A DNA stretch of 20,000 nucleotides from an uncultured virus (IMG/VR IMGVR_UViG_3300020162_002069) (IMGVR_UViG_3300020162_002069), one strand, 5' to 3'. Shown: positions 11,109 through 17,226, counted from the stretch's first letter. Notes: generated by a model not told the origin, from the letters alone. Program-made: numbers and translations.

Positions 11109-11784
11109 TGTTTTGCTCCTGATTAGTTGAATCAGAACTTTTTGCGGGGTTGCTATCCCGAATTTCTATAATTTCATACATAAAATCGTCAGAAGTCTCA
11201 ATTTTGCGACGATTTTCAACGGTATATTCATTTAAATCAATTTCGTACTCTGGATTTTTGGTAATTCTATTTTTTATCCATGCATCATCGTACCATAAAA
11301 TTTTATTATTTGGATATGCGTAGAAATTTCCATTATCCATTTTAAAAAAGTGAGCACATTTATGTTCTGGTGTCTCACTGAAGTTAGTATTCAGAGTTGA
11401 TTTTGACTCCCAAGACCAATCAAGAGTAAAAAGATATACTCCTTCATTCTTTTCACCTTTATAATTAATTAATTCTGCTCTTAGACCTGATAATCTTGAT
11501 CGAATCTGAACATCGATGTATGGTGAAAAGCAGTCCCACCACATACACTCTTCTAATTTTGGTATTGGCGCATCAGGTTTCCAACAAAGTGCATGAATAG
11601 GTCTTCGTGTCCAGTTAACCCCATTCTCTAGAAACGTCTCAAAGAGTGGTACGTGCTTCTCTAAGGATGCTACTGAATGCACATCACATAAAGTTACCTC
11701 ACCATGACCTTTCTTATGATTATAGAGAAACTCATTGCGAATATAACATGTAAACGTAGGTAAATTATGATTTAAATATGACAT
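11080..11784 (-). CDS. Cyanophage-type hypothetical protein (234 aa)
   Basis: Long ORF with Trp/Cys/His-rich motifs (WWDCFS, FTLDW, PEHKCAH, GNFYAYPNN). The last ~25 aa look like read-through of a structured element. Confidence 0.85.
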   Translation of the reverse strand: MSYLNHNLPTFTCYIRNEFLYNHKKGHGEVTLCDVHSVASLEKHVPLFETFLENGVNWTRRPIHALCWKPDAPIPKLEECMWWDCFSPYIDVQIRSRLSGLRAELINYKGEKNEGVYLFTLDWSWESKSTLNTNFSETPEHKCAHFFKMDNGNFYAYPNNKILWYDDAWIKNRITKNPEYEIDLNEYTVENRRKIETSDDFMYEIIEIRDSNPAKSSDSTNQEQNNGNQPEKNA

Positions 11785-11799
11785 TAACCTTTTAATAAT

Positions 11800-11827
11800 A
11801 AAAAAACCAGAGATTTCTCCCTGGTTT
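11800..11827 (-). terminator. Rho-independent terminator
   Basis: AAACCAGGGA-GAAA-TCTCTGGTTT stem with a GNRA loop followed by a T-run, 11 nt after the stop of the 48-aa ORF. Confidence 0.85.
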
Positions 11828-11838
11828 ATCTATATTAC

Positions 11839-11985
11839 TTAACCTTTTCCTTGTCCTCTATATTTCTTTTGTTTTCCATTGCGAGAAGTTGCTGAAAGCA
11901 ATGTACGAGCACTTCTTCCTTGACGAGTTTTCTTAGGTGTTCCTGATTCAAACACCGTCTTATTCATACCACCTTTAGATGCCAT
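11839..11985 (-). CDS. Small basic protein (48 aa, MASKGGMNKTVFESGTPKKTRQG...KKYRGQGKG)
   Basis: Manually translated. GGAGG SD and TAATG coupling with the upstream ORF; KKTRQG/KKYRGQG pattern recalled from T4-like cyanophages. Confidence 0.8.
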   Translation of the reverse strand: MASKGGMNKTVFESGTPKKTRQGRSARTLLSATSRNGKQKKYRGQGKG

Positions 11986-12137
11986 TAAAGATCCTCCATT
12001 TCTAGTTCATTAGGATTAATATTTTCTCCGGAGAAATAACGCTCAGAGAATTCTTGAAGAATATCAGCACATTCTTCTGTGCTGATATTTGTATAAATCT
12101 TACGCCCTTTATATAAAAGATTGTAAAGTTTACTCAT
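11985..12137 (-). CDS. Small hypothetical protein (50 aa, MSKLYNLLYKGRKIY...ELEMEDL)
   Basis: Manually translated; TAATG stop/start overlaps at both ends. Confidence 0.8.
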   Translation of the reverse strand: MSKLYNLLYKGRKIYTNISTEECADILQEFSERYFSGENINPNELEMEDL

Positions 12138-12904
12138 TAGATTATGCGAGTCTTTTCATGTCCCACGCGAATCCGAGGGTCACACCAAATCTCAAAACCT
12201 TTCTCAATCGCATCAAGACAGAATGAAACATCCTCTCCACACATATCTTGAACCGCACCAGATTCAAATACTTGCATCTTAGGAGCAAACCAAGGATATT
12301 CAAGATTCTCAAAAACTCCTTTCTTAATCAACACCCAACCAAATCCAGTGTAATCAACTGTAAAAGGTTTACGACGCTTGCTGATAGACTCTACAGTTTC
12401 ATGATTCATCACTCCACCATTCTTGCGGAAATCATCTTCTTCTAACCAGTGTGCGACAGAGGTTGTGTGTCCATCTTCTGTTGCATACCAACCACCAACG
12501 ATTTCCTTTTCTTCTCCTTCTGCATTCAGAGACATATCACAGAGTTGCCAGAACTTGTTAGAGTCAAAGACAATATCCGAGTCAATCCAAAGTTGATAAT
12601 CATACTGAAGTTTTCCGTCCCATGGAATTTGTTTAGGTCCACGAAGAACATTTGCTCCGAGACACTTACATCTTGCAAAGTTTACCATTGATGAGTAATC
12701 TTGTGAGATTTGAATACTCATTCCATTTTGAACTAAATCAAAACAAAGTTGTACAAATGCTTTGAGAAAGATAAAAGAACATCCTCTGCCGGGGAGACAG
12801 AAAACAATGCTTTTTCCTTTCATTCTTTCCTTAATTGCTACATAGTCCCAATCTTCAGTCTTGGGAGTAGGTGCTGCTGCTTTAACTGTGAAACCACGAG
12901 CCAC
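12137..12904 (-). CDS. Putative GT-A (family 2-like) glycosyltransferase
   Basis: 255 aa with a DxD motif (YDYQLWIDSDIVF), TGFGWVLIKKGVFE, GEDVSFC and RVGHEK, typical of GT-A fold phage proteins. GTG start with GGAGG SD. Confidence 0.8.
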   Translation of the reverse strand: MARGFTVKAAAPTPKTEDWDYVAIKERMKGKSIVFCLPGRGCSFIFLKAFVQLCFDLVQNGMSIQISQDYSSMVNFARCKCLGANVLRGPKQIPWDGKLQYDYQLWIDSDIVFDSNKFWQLCDMSLNAEGEEKEIVGGWYATEDGHTTSVAHWLEEDDFRKNGGVMNHETVESISKRRKPFTVDYTGFGWVLIKKGVFENLEYPWFAPKMQVFESGAVQDMCGEDVSFCLDAIEKGFEIWCDPRIRVGHEKTRII

Positions 12905-12907
12905 GAA

Positions 12908-13384
12908 TTAATCCTCCAATAAATGCTTATAAGTTTTGTTGTTTATGATATAAGAGATTGTAGAACGATGAACATTATACATTTCTCCAAGTTTTAAAGT
13001 TGTATATTTTTTTGAGATATACAACTTTCTAATTTCTCTTACTTGGTTATCAGTAAGTTTTGATCCTCCATTATTTTCTCCTTTTTGATTTCCAGTATAA
13101 CATCTACCTTTTTGAACTTTATCTTTCATATTATCAAGATTTGTTCCGGAAAATAAATGTAAAGGATTTACACATTTTCTATTATCGCACTTATGAAGGC
13201 AATGAAGATTTTCTAATGGTTCGGCGTAGTATACTTCATACATTAATCTATGAGATTTTACAGTTTTTCCTTTATATGAAAAATTTCCATACCCATAGGC
13301 ATCAATTGTTCCTTTCCATTCCCAACAACAATTTTCGTTAAGAATATCTGGCAGTTTATTATAAAATTTTTCTAATAGAGACAT
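12908..13384 (-). CDS. Free-standing HNH homing endonuclease with C-terminal HTH
   Basis: CWEWKG..GYG..HRLMY..LHKCDNRKCVNPLHL..GTNLDN HNH motif, followed by GENNGGSKLT..VREIR..LGEMYNVHRSTISYI helix-turn-helix. Confidence 0.92.
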   Translation of the reverse strand: MSLLEKFYNKLPDILNENCCWEWKGTIDAYGYGNFSYKGKTVKSHRLMYEVYYAEPLENLHCLHKCDNRKCVNPLHLFSGTNLDNMKDKVQKGRCYTGNQKGENNGGSKLTDNQVREIRKLYISKKYTTLKLGEMYNVHRSTISYIINNKTYKHLLED

Positions 13385-13408
13385 AGGTTATTTTTAAACC
13401 TCAGATCA

Positions 13409-13437
13409 ATTTTATCAGGTATATATGGTTTTGTCAA
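13409..13437 (-). promoter_or_regulatory. sigma70/SigA-type promoter
   Basis: TTGACA-17 nt-TAAAAT with an extended TG, upstream of the HNH and GT genes; the -35 overlaps the stop codon of the upstream ORF. Confidence 0.85.
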
Positions 13438-13625
13438 TAAGAAGAGTTTAGTGATATGAGTTTATTTACAGATAACTCTTCATATGACAAGTCTTCTATT
13501 TTATAATCAGTTTTCATTAAACCAACCATATTGTTTAATGTTTTCCACGTAACTCCAAATTCTTCTTCTTTGATAGAATGAAATAAACATCTATCCTTTG
13601 CATATATGTGGTATATTTTTTCCAT
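13434..13625 (-). CDS. Hypothetical protein (63 aa)
   Basis: ORF track; tight packing on the coding strand. Confidence 0.75.
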   Translation of the reverse strand: MEKIYHIYAKDRCLFHSIKEEEFGVTWKTLNNMVGLMKTDYKIEDLSYEELSVNKLISLNSSY

Positions 13626-13666
13626 GCGGGGTGAAAAATATTTTGAGAAATTTTTTGTAGCAAATC

Positions 13667-13825
13667 TTAATTTACTACCGCATTATATATCAATACTATT
13701 AAAAATCCAATAGGCATCCACACAATTTTTGGATATCTTATTACCCACCCTGCAAGTACAACTCTATAGAAATTCCAATAAGGTTTCCTACGATTATATC
13801 TGCGGGGGTTTCGAGGACTTATCAT
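13667..13825 (-). CDS. Small membrane protein (52 aa, MISPRNPRRYNRRKPYWNFYRVVLAGWVIRYPKIVWMPIGFLIVLIYNAVVN)
   Basis: Manually translated; basic N-terminus and hydrophobic C-terminal helix. Confidence 0.65.
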   Translation of the reverse strand: MISPRNPRRYNRRKPYWNFYRVVLAGWVIRYPKIVWMPIGFLIVLIYNAVVN

Positions 13826-13969
13826 ACTTCCGGAAAAATTTTATGAGATTGATATTTAGAGGTCGATTTGTCACCTCTGTAGGTTAGGGTAGTGGTCGAT
13901 TTTTAATAACGCCCCCCGCACCGCAACGCCCCCAAGGGCAAAACACTGCTCTCAGGGGTATACTGCCAA

Positions 13970-13998
13970 AGTCTAACATAAGTGCCCTCCGGAGTCAA
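13970..13998 (-). promoter_or_regulatory. sigma70-type promoter with its -35 in a hairpin loop
   Basis: TTGACT-17 nt-TAGACT with an extended TG. Confidence 0.6.
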
Positions 13999-14008
13999 CC
14001 AGAGGGCA
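13982..14008 (-). terminator. GC-rich stem-loop closing the early cassette region
   Basis: GTGCCCTCTGG-TTGACT-CCGGAGGGCAC followed by TTATGTT, just after the stop of the 44-aa ORF. Confidence 0.6.
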
Positions 14009-14023
14009 CACAGAGAGTTATAT

Positions 14024-14158
14024 TCAGACCTCGAAGACCTCCGCGCAACTGTTAATACCTTCCTGCTCAATATCAGAAACAAGTGTATTCAGGATAGTCA
14101 AGATTTCATCACCGTTGTTACCTTGTGCAAGGAGACTAAGTGCAACTGAGAGAGTCAT
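14024..14158 (-). CDS. Small hypothetical protein (44 aa, MTLSVALSLLAQGNNGDEILTILNTL...)
   Basis: Manually translated; lies between a structured leader and the terminator hairpin. Confidence 0.7.
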   Translation of the reverse strand: MTLSVALSLLAQGNNGDEILTILNTLVSDIEQEGINSCAEVFEV

Positions 14159-14236
14159 AATAAGAAAGAAAAGAGTAAGAAACTGTGTGTGTACTGAGTG
14201 TCTTTATGGGGCGCATCTCATTCCCTTGTGTGATGC

Positions 14237-14482
14237 TTACTCTGCACCTTCGAAGATGTACTTATCCATCAAACTTTCGATTGGACTAGATGAGCAAAGG
14301 TTGACGAATTGAGTAACAGCAAGAGTAATATCCTGCTGATTAACTTCCATATCAATGTCGTCGCATTCATAACTCACAAAGTCCTGATAATACTTCGAGC
14401 GCATACCAATCCGCACAAGATCACGGAGCATACTCATCTCTTCATCGTTGAGTTTGATGGTATACTTAGTGGAGGTTTTCAT
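14237..14482 (-). CDS. Hypothetical protein (81 aa)
   Basis: ORF track; second gene of the cassette behind repeat copy 1. Confidence 0.7.
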   Translation of the reverse strand: MKTSTKYTIKLNDEEMSMLRDLVRIGMRSKYYQDFVSYECDDIDMEVNQQDITLAVTQFVNLCSSSPIESLMDKYIFEGAE

Positions 14483-14522
14483 GATGAAAGGTGTTAGTTA
14501 GTGAAGAACGAGTGAGTGTAAC

Positions 14523-14714
14523 TTAATAAGACTTTGTTACGTTGTTGATGTAATTCAGTCCCCAGGAGTAAGCATCATCAGGGCGCTTTAATGTCTGCTG
14601 GACAGAATACTTGTGACCTTCATCAGTTGCTCTCTGATAGACCCACACATTCCACCTTCCAGACTTACTTTGTTCTACGAAGAATGGACGGGTTTCAGTG
14701 TTAGGGAAGATCAT
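14523..14714 (-). CDS. Hypothetical protein (63 aa), likely paralog of 18131-18355
   Basis: First ORF after repeat copy 1; shares the PF.V..G.NVWVY motif. Confidence 0.75.
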   Translation of the reverse strand: MIFPNTETRPFFVEQSKSGRWNVWVYQRATDEGHKYSVQQTLKRPDDAYSWGLNYINNVTKSY

Positions 14715-14740
14715 AAGATTTGAGGTTGGTTGGTCTCTAC

Positions 14741-14775
14741 ACTATAGAAACACTTTGGACGATCCTAACTTTAAT
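14741..14775 (-). repeat. Cassette/promoter repeat copy 1
   Basis: + strand ACTATAGAAACACTTTGGACGATCCTAACTTTAAT; TATAGT -10 on the minus strand. Confidence 0.95.
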
Positions 14776-14811
14776 ACGTAAGAGATTGTAACTTACGTGT
14801 AACTTAATAAA

Positions 14812-15000
14812 TCAAACTTGGGTTACAAAGTTAGTGCCACTGGAACGGTTAGTTCTACAACGATTTCCCTTAGTTTGTGATAGAGTTAGATCTGACTTAC
14901 GGGGTTTTGCTGATGCTAACCGTGTGACCTTTATCTTACCCTGGACTTCAGCAATTGCGAGATCCAGTGTAGACAACGAAGCAAACTCAGAGACTGTCAT
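14812..15000 (-). CDS. Hypothetical basic protein (~62 aa; ATG at 15000 preferred over GTG at 15006)
   Basis: Single-gene cassette between repeat copies 2 and 1. Confidence 0.7.
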   Translation of the reverse strand: MTVSEFASLSTLDLAIAEVQGKIKVTRLASAKPRKSDLTLSQTKGNRCRTNRSSGTNFVTQV

Positions 15001-15033
15001 GATCACAAATAAGTGGGGTTGATTGGTCCCTAC

Positions 15034-15068
15034 ACTATAGAGACACTTTGGACGATCCTAACTTTAAT
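15034..15068 (-). repeat. Cassette/promoter repeat copy 2
   Basis: ACTATAGAGACACTTTGGACGATCCTAACTTTAAT. Confidence 0.95.
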
Positions 15069-15071
15069 ACC

Positions 15072-15326
15072 TTAGAAATCGAACACGTCAGAGTTAATCT
15101 GAACCACGTTAACTTTGGGGTCGGCAAACTTAACTCCGTCCTTTGTTTCATTCACTCCATACTCATTGTAGAGACAATCTACAAAGGTTTCATAATCACC
15201 ACACCCCATAGCAAGGTGATACAGACCCTCCTCATTGTTGATCCAGAGAGCTACATTCCAGGTCTCATAGTTCTCCCAACCGTTATAGGAGATATCAAGA
15301 GCATTGCGTTGGTAGGAAGTAGTCAT
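15072..15326 (-). CDS. Phage hypothetical protein (84 aa, YNGWENYETWNVALW motif)
   Basis: Single-gene cassette between repeat copies 3 and 2; stop 3 nt from the repeat; motif recalled from cyanophage small ORFs. Confidence 0.85.
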   Translation of the reverse strand: MTTSYQRNALDISYNGWENYETWNVALWINNEEGLYHLAMGCGDYETFVDCLYNEYGVNETKDGVKFADPKVNVVQINSDVFDF

Positions 15327-15358
15327 TTAGAAGAAAGTTGGTTTTGATTGGTCTCTAC

Positions 15359-15393
15359 ACTATAGAGACACTTTGGACGATCCTAACTTTAAT
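15359..15393 (-). repeat. Cassette/promoter repeat copy 3
   Basis: ACTATAGAGACACTTTGGACGATCCTAACTTTAAT. Confidence 0.95.
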
Positions 15394-15433
15394 ACGTAAG
15401 AGATTGTAGATTATGAGTATAAATCCAGACAGC

Positions 15434-15467
15434 AAAAAATCTCCAAAAAGTACACTGCTTTTTTGGA
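15434..15467 (-). terminator. Putative terminator
   Basis: TCCAAAAAAGCA-GTG-TACTTTTTGGA hairpin followed by GATTTTTT on the minus strand. Confidence 0.5.
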
Positions 15468-15570
15468 TACTTAAGTTCTTGGATATACCTTAACCTGATA
15501 ACCTATTTCACATCGATGCGGCAAATTGGGAACACTAGCATTAAACCCTGTACGCCTGTATAATATAAAC

Positions 15571-15737
15571 GAATCAACTCATAAGATAGTAACAATTATT
15601 GACGGAATGTAGCAGGGAATTCTAATGATCCAAAGCGAAAGACTTATCTCACCAGGTTAACTGTCTGTTGTGCTTTCTAGGTATAGAATTGTGCTGAATG
15701 TTCTGTCGTTTAATGTTAGTCTCTTATGAGGTTATTT
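15571..15737 (+). ncRNA. Candidate rod-like structured ncRNA (~160 nt)
   Basis: Nested complementary segments over 15578-15730 with no ORF. G-U pairs favour the + strand. TATAAT at 15559-15564 lies just upstream. Confidence 0.55.
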
Positions 15738-15740
15738 ATA
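15733..15740 (-). promoter_or_regulatory. T4 late promoter TATAAATA
   Basis: Perfect consensus pointing into the non-coding hairpin region. Confidence 0.6.
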
Positions 15741-15755
15741 CACTTAAGAACGCAA

Positions 15756-15929
15756 TTACCATCTATCAGGTACACTGAGTGACTCAACATAGGCTGACAC
15801 CTTCTCTGCGGGTTCGAGGTCAAAGATCTTCTCCCAGTCCAAATTGTGCGGGTCAAAGTCACTGAGGACCTCTAATTCAATAGTCACACGATACTTTTGC
15901 TTCTGTGCTTGATGATATGCAACGGACAT
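15756..15929 (-). CDS. Small hypothetical protein (57 aa, MSVAYHQAQKQKYRVTIELEVLSDFDPHNLDWEKIFDLEPAEKVSAYVESLSVPDRW)
   Basis: Manually translated; AGGAG SD and its own consensus promoter. Confidence 0.85.
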   Translation of the reverse strand: MSVAYHQAQKQKYRVTIELEVLSDFDPHNLDWEKIFDLEPAEKVSAYVESLSVPDRW

Positions 15930-15957
15930 AAGAGTGCTCCTGATGTGTTATAAGGGT

Positions 15958-15986
15958 ACTATAAGATACCTGAGAGTGAATGTCAA
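15958..15986 (-). promoter_or_regulatory. sigma70-type promoter, with a tandem late box CATAAATA at 15999-16006
   Basis: TTGACA-17 nt-TATAGT upstream of the 57-aa ORF. Confidence 0.85.
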
Positions 15987-16059
15987 GCACCTTGGGGGTA
16001 TTTATGTGCCTCTGTGGACTTTTGTGAGGGATCTGTGGGGATTTTGTGACCTTGGGGGG

Positions 16060-16088
16060 TTGACAATTTGCGTTCCTTAGTGTATGCT
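16060..16088 (+). promoter_or_regulatory. Divergent sigma70-type promoter firing into the DnaA-box cluster
   Basis: TTGACA-17 nt-TATGCT with no credible ORF downstream. Confidence 0.65.
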
Positions 16089-16188
16089 TGCTAAGATAAC
16101 AAGACTCTGAGGGGTTTATAAGGTACAGAGACAATAACCTCCCCACATTATAGTCACACAGAGACAATAATACTCCATAGATTATAGG

Positions 16189-16229
16189 TTTTCCACAGAT
16201 TAACATAGGTTTTCCACAGGTTTTCCACA
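16189..16229 (+). repeat. Three DnaA-box matches TTTTCCACA
   Basis: Exact copies at 16189-16197, 16210-16218 and 16221-16229, each inside AGGTTTTCCACAG. Confidence 0.8.
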
Positions 16230-16314
16230 GAGAGATAATAAAGTACTTTATATTCTTTAATACATTTTTAATTGATTTTAATGTATTTTTAACCTTATTT
16301 TGATTAAAAAGCAT

Positions 16315-16344
16315 AAAAAAGCAGAAGGAACCACCCCTCTGCTT
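16315..16344 (-). terminator. Rho-independent terminator
   Basis: AGCAGAGGGG-TGGT-TCCTTCTGCT stem with a T-run, ending the cassette transcribed from repeat copy 4. Confidence 0.8.
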
Positions 16345-16437
16345 ATAATCACCTATACCAACCTTAAGTCAATTATCTATACTCTACGATGTAACTTTGT
16401 TGTATAGCAGAGGCCAACATCTTCCTCTTCTTGATTA

Positions 16438-16575
16438 TTATACCATATAAGACTTTGATCCACAAGAGAGATAAAACCTTACCATACTTTCTGCTTCTTG
16501 AAGTGTATTAAAGAATTGTGATCTCCATTCCTGATTGTTATAAGGAGTTTGGAATCGGACTTCGTAACGTATCAT
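16438..16575 (-). CDS. Small hypothetical protein (45 aa, MIRYEVRFQTPYNNQEWRSQFF...FYLSCGSKSYMV)
   Basis: Manually translated; tight packing with an A/C-rich leader. Confidence 0.75.
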   Translation of the reverse strand: MIRYEVRFQTPYNNQEWRSQFFNTLQEAESMVRFYLSCGSKSYMV

Positions 16576-16584
16576 TTTGTTTGA

Positions 16585-16722
16585 TTAGTGAGTAAGTTCA
16601 GTAACAATCTTTTCACGAAGAGGTCCTATATCAAAACCCCACACTTCTTTCACCTCATCATAATCATCATGAAAATCAATCAGTGTAAGTAAGTTTTGAA
16701 GATCAGTTTCGTTAAGTGTCAT
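16585..16722 (-). CDS. Small acidic protein (45 aa, MTLNETDLQNLLTLIDFHDD...)
   Basis: Manually translated; tight packing. Confidence 0.7.
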   Translation of the reverse strand: MTLNETDLQNLLTLIDFHDDYDEVKEVWGFDIGPLREKIVTELTH

Positions 16723-16729
16723 TTTGTGT

Positions 16730-16882
16730 TTAGTATTGTGGTGAGATGAGTGATGCAGTAGACCTTAATACTTCAGCAGTTGTATACCTTACTGATGGGA
16801 AGACTATAAAACTAATGACAAAGATAAGTGCAATAAGTTTCATCTTTGAGGGTGATTTGAGTGTTAGTTTTTTAGTTCTCAT
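16730..16882 (-). CDS. Small membrane/secreted peptide (50 aa, MRTKKLTLKSPSKMKLIALIFVISFIVFPSVR...)
   Basis: Manually translated; one hydrophobic segment; starts 2 nt after the upstream stop. Confidence 0.7.
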   Translation of the reverse strand: MRTKKLTLKSPSKMKLIALIFVISFIVFPSVRYTTAEVLRSTASLISPQY

Positions 16883-16884
16883 TC

Positions 16885-17199
16885 TCAGTTAAGACGCATA
16901 CCTGAGAAGAAAGGAATAGCACCTCCAACTTGATTCACAAACCAGTTAAAGTTCTTTTGAAATACACTTTCACCAGGAAGTCCGTGCTCTTTCAGAATAG
17001 CATTTAGACGGGACTTAGTGGTTGCTGATTGATAACCACCATCAAACAGTTGAATAAAGTTTTCTCCAATAGTTGCGATTTGATTACCATGAAGAAACAC
17101 ACGGGAGATGTTACCTTCTGTAAGAACTTGAGTATTAGCATTGCTCCAATTCTTTTGATTGGAGATTGCATCATTCATTTGGATTTCGATTTTTCTCAT
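16885..17199 (-). CDS. Cyanophage-type hypothetical protein (104 aa)
   Basis: MRKIE..M, LHGNQIA and GGYQSATTKSRLNA motifs; first gene after repeat copy 4. Confidence 0.85.
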   Translation of the reverse strand: MRKIEIQMNDAISNQKNWSNANTQVLTEGNISRVFLHGNQIATIGENFIQLFDGGYQSATTKSRLNAILKEHGLPGESVFQKNFNWFVNQVGGAIPFFSGMRLN

Positions 17200-17226
17200 T
17201 TTGGTTTGGTTTGGATTGGTGCTTAC

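Noticed and set aside
12908..13384. Group I intron around the HNH gene
   Set aside because: The flanking genes are intact, the intergenic gaps are only 3 and 49 nt, and no intron core is visible.
15351..15369. Hairpin GTCTCTA-CACTA-TAGAGAC over the -10 box (N4-like hairpin promoter idea)
   Set aside because: It is perfect only in copy 3; the other copies break it without compensatory changes.
15877..16314. 145-aa minus-strand ORF from the track
   Set aside because: It spans promoters, DnaA boxes and the AT tract, its repeats (CGKP, PQIPHKSPQ) just translate DNA motifs, and it overlaps the better-supported 57-aa gene.
16373..16420. 15-codon minus-strand mini-ORF MLASAIQQSYIVEYR with GAGG upstream
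   Set aside because: Too short to support; possibly a gene remnant.
13830..16440. tRNA genes in the non-coding gaps
   Set aside because: No cloverleaf with a GTTCRA T-loop could be built by eye; tRNAscan-SE would be decisive.
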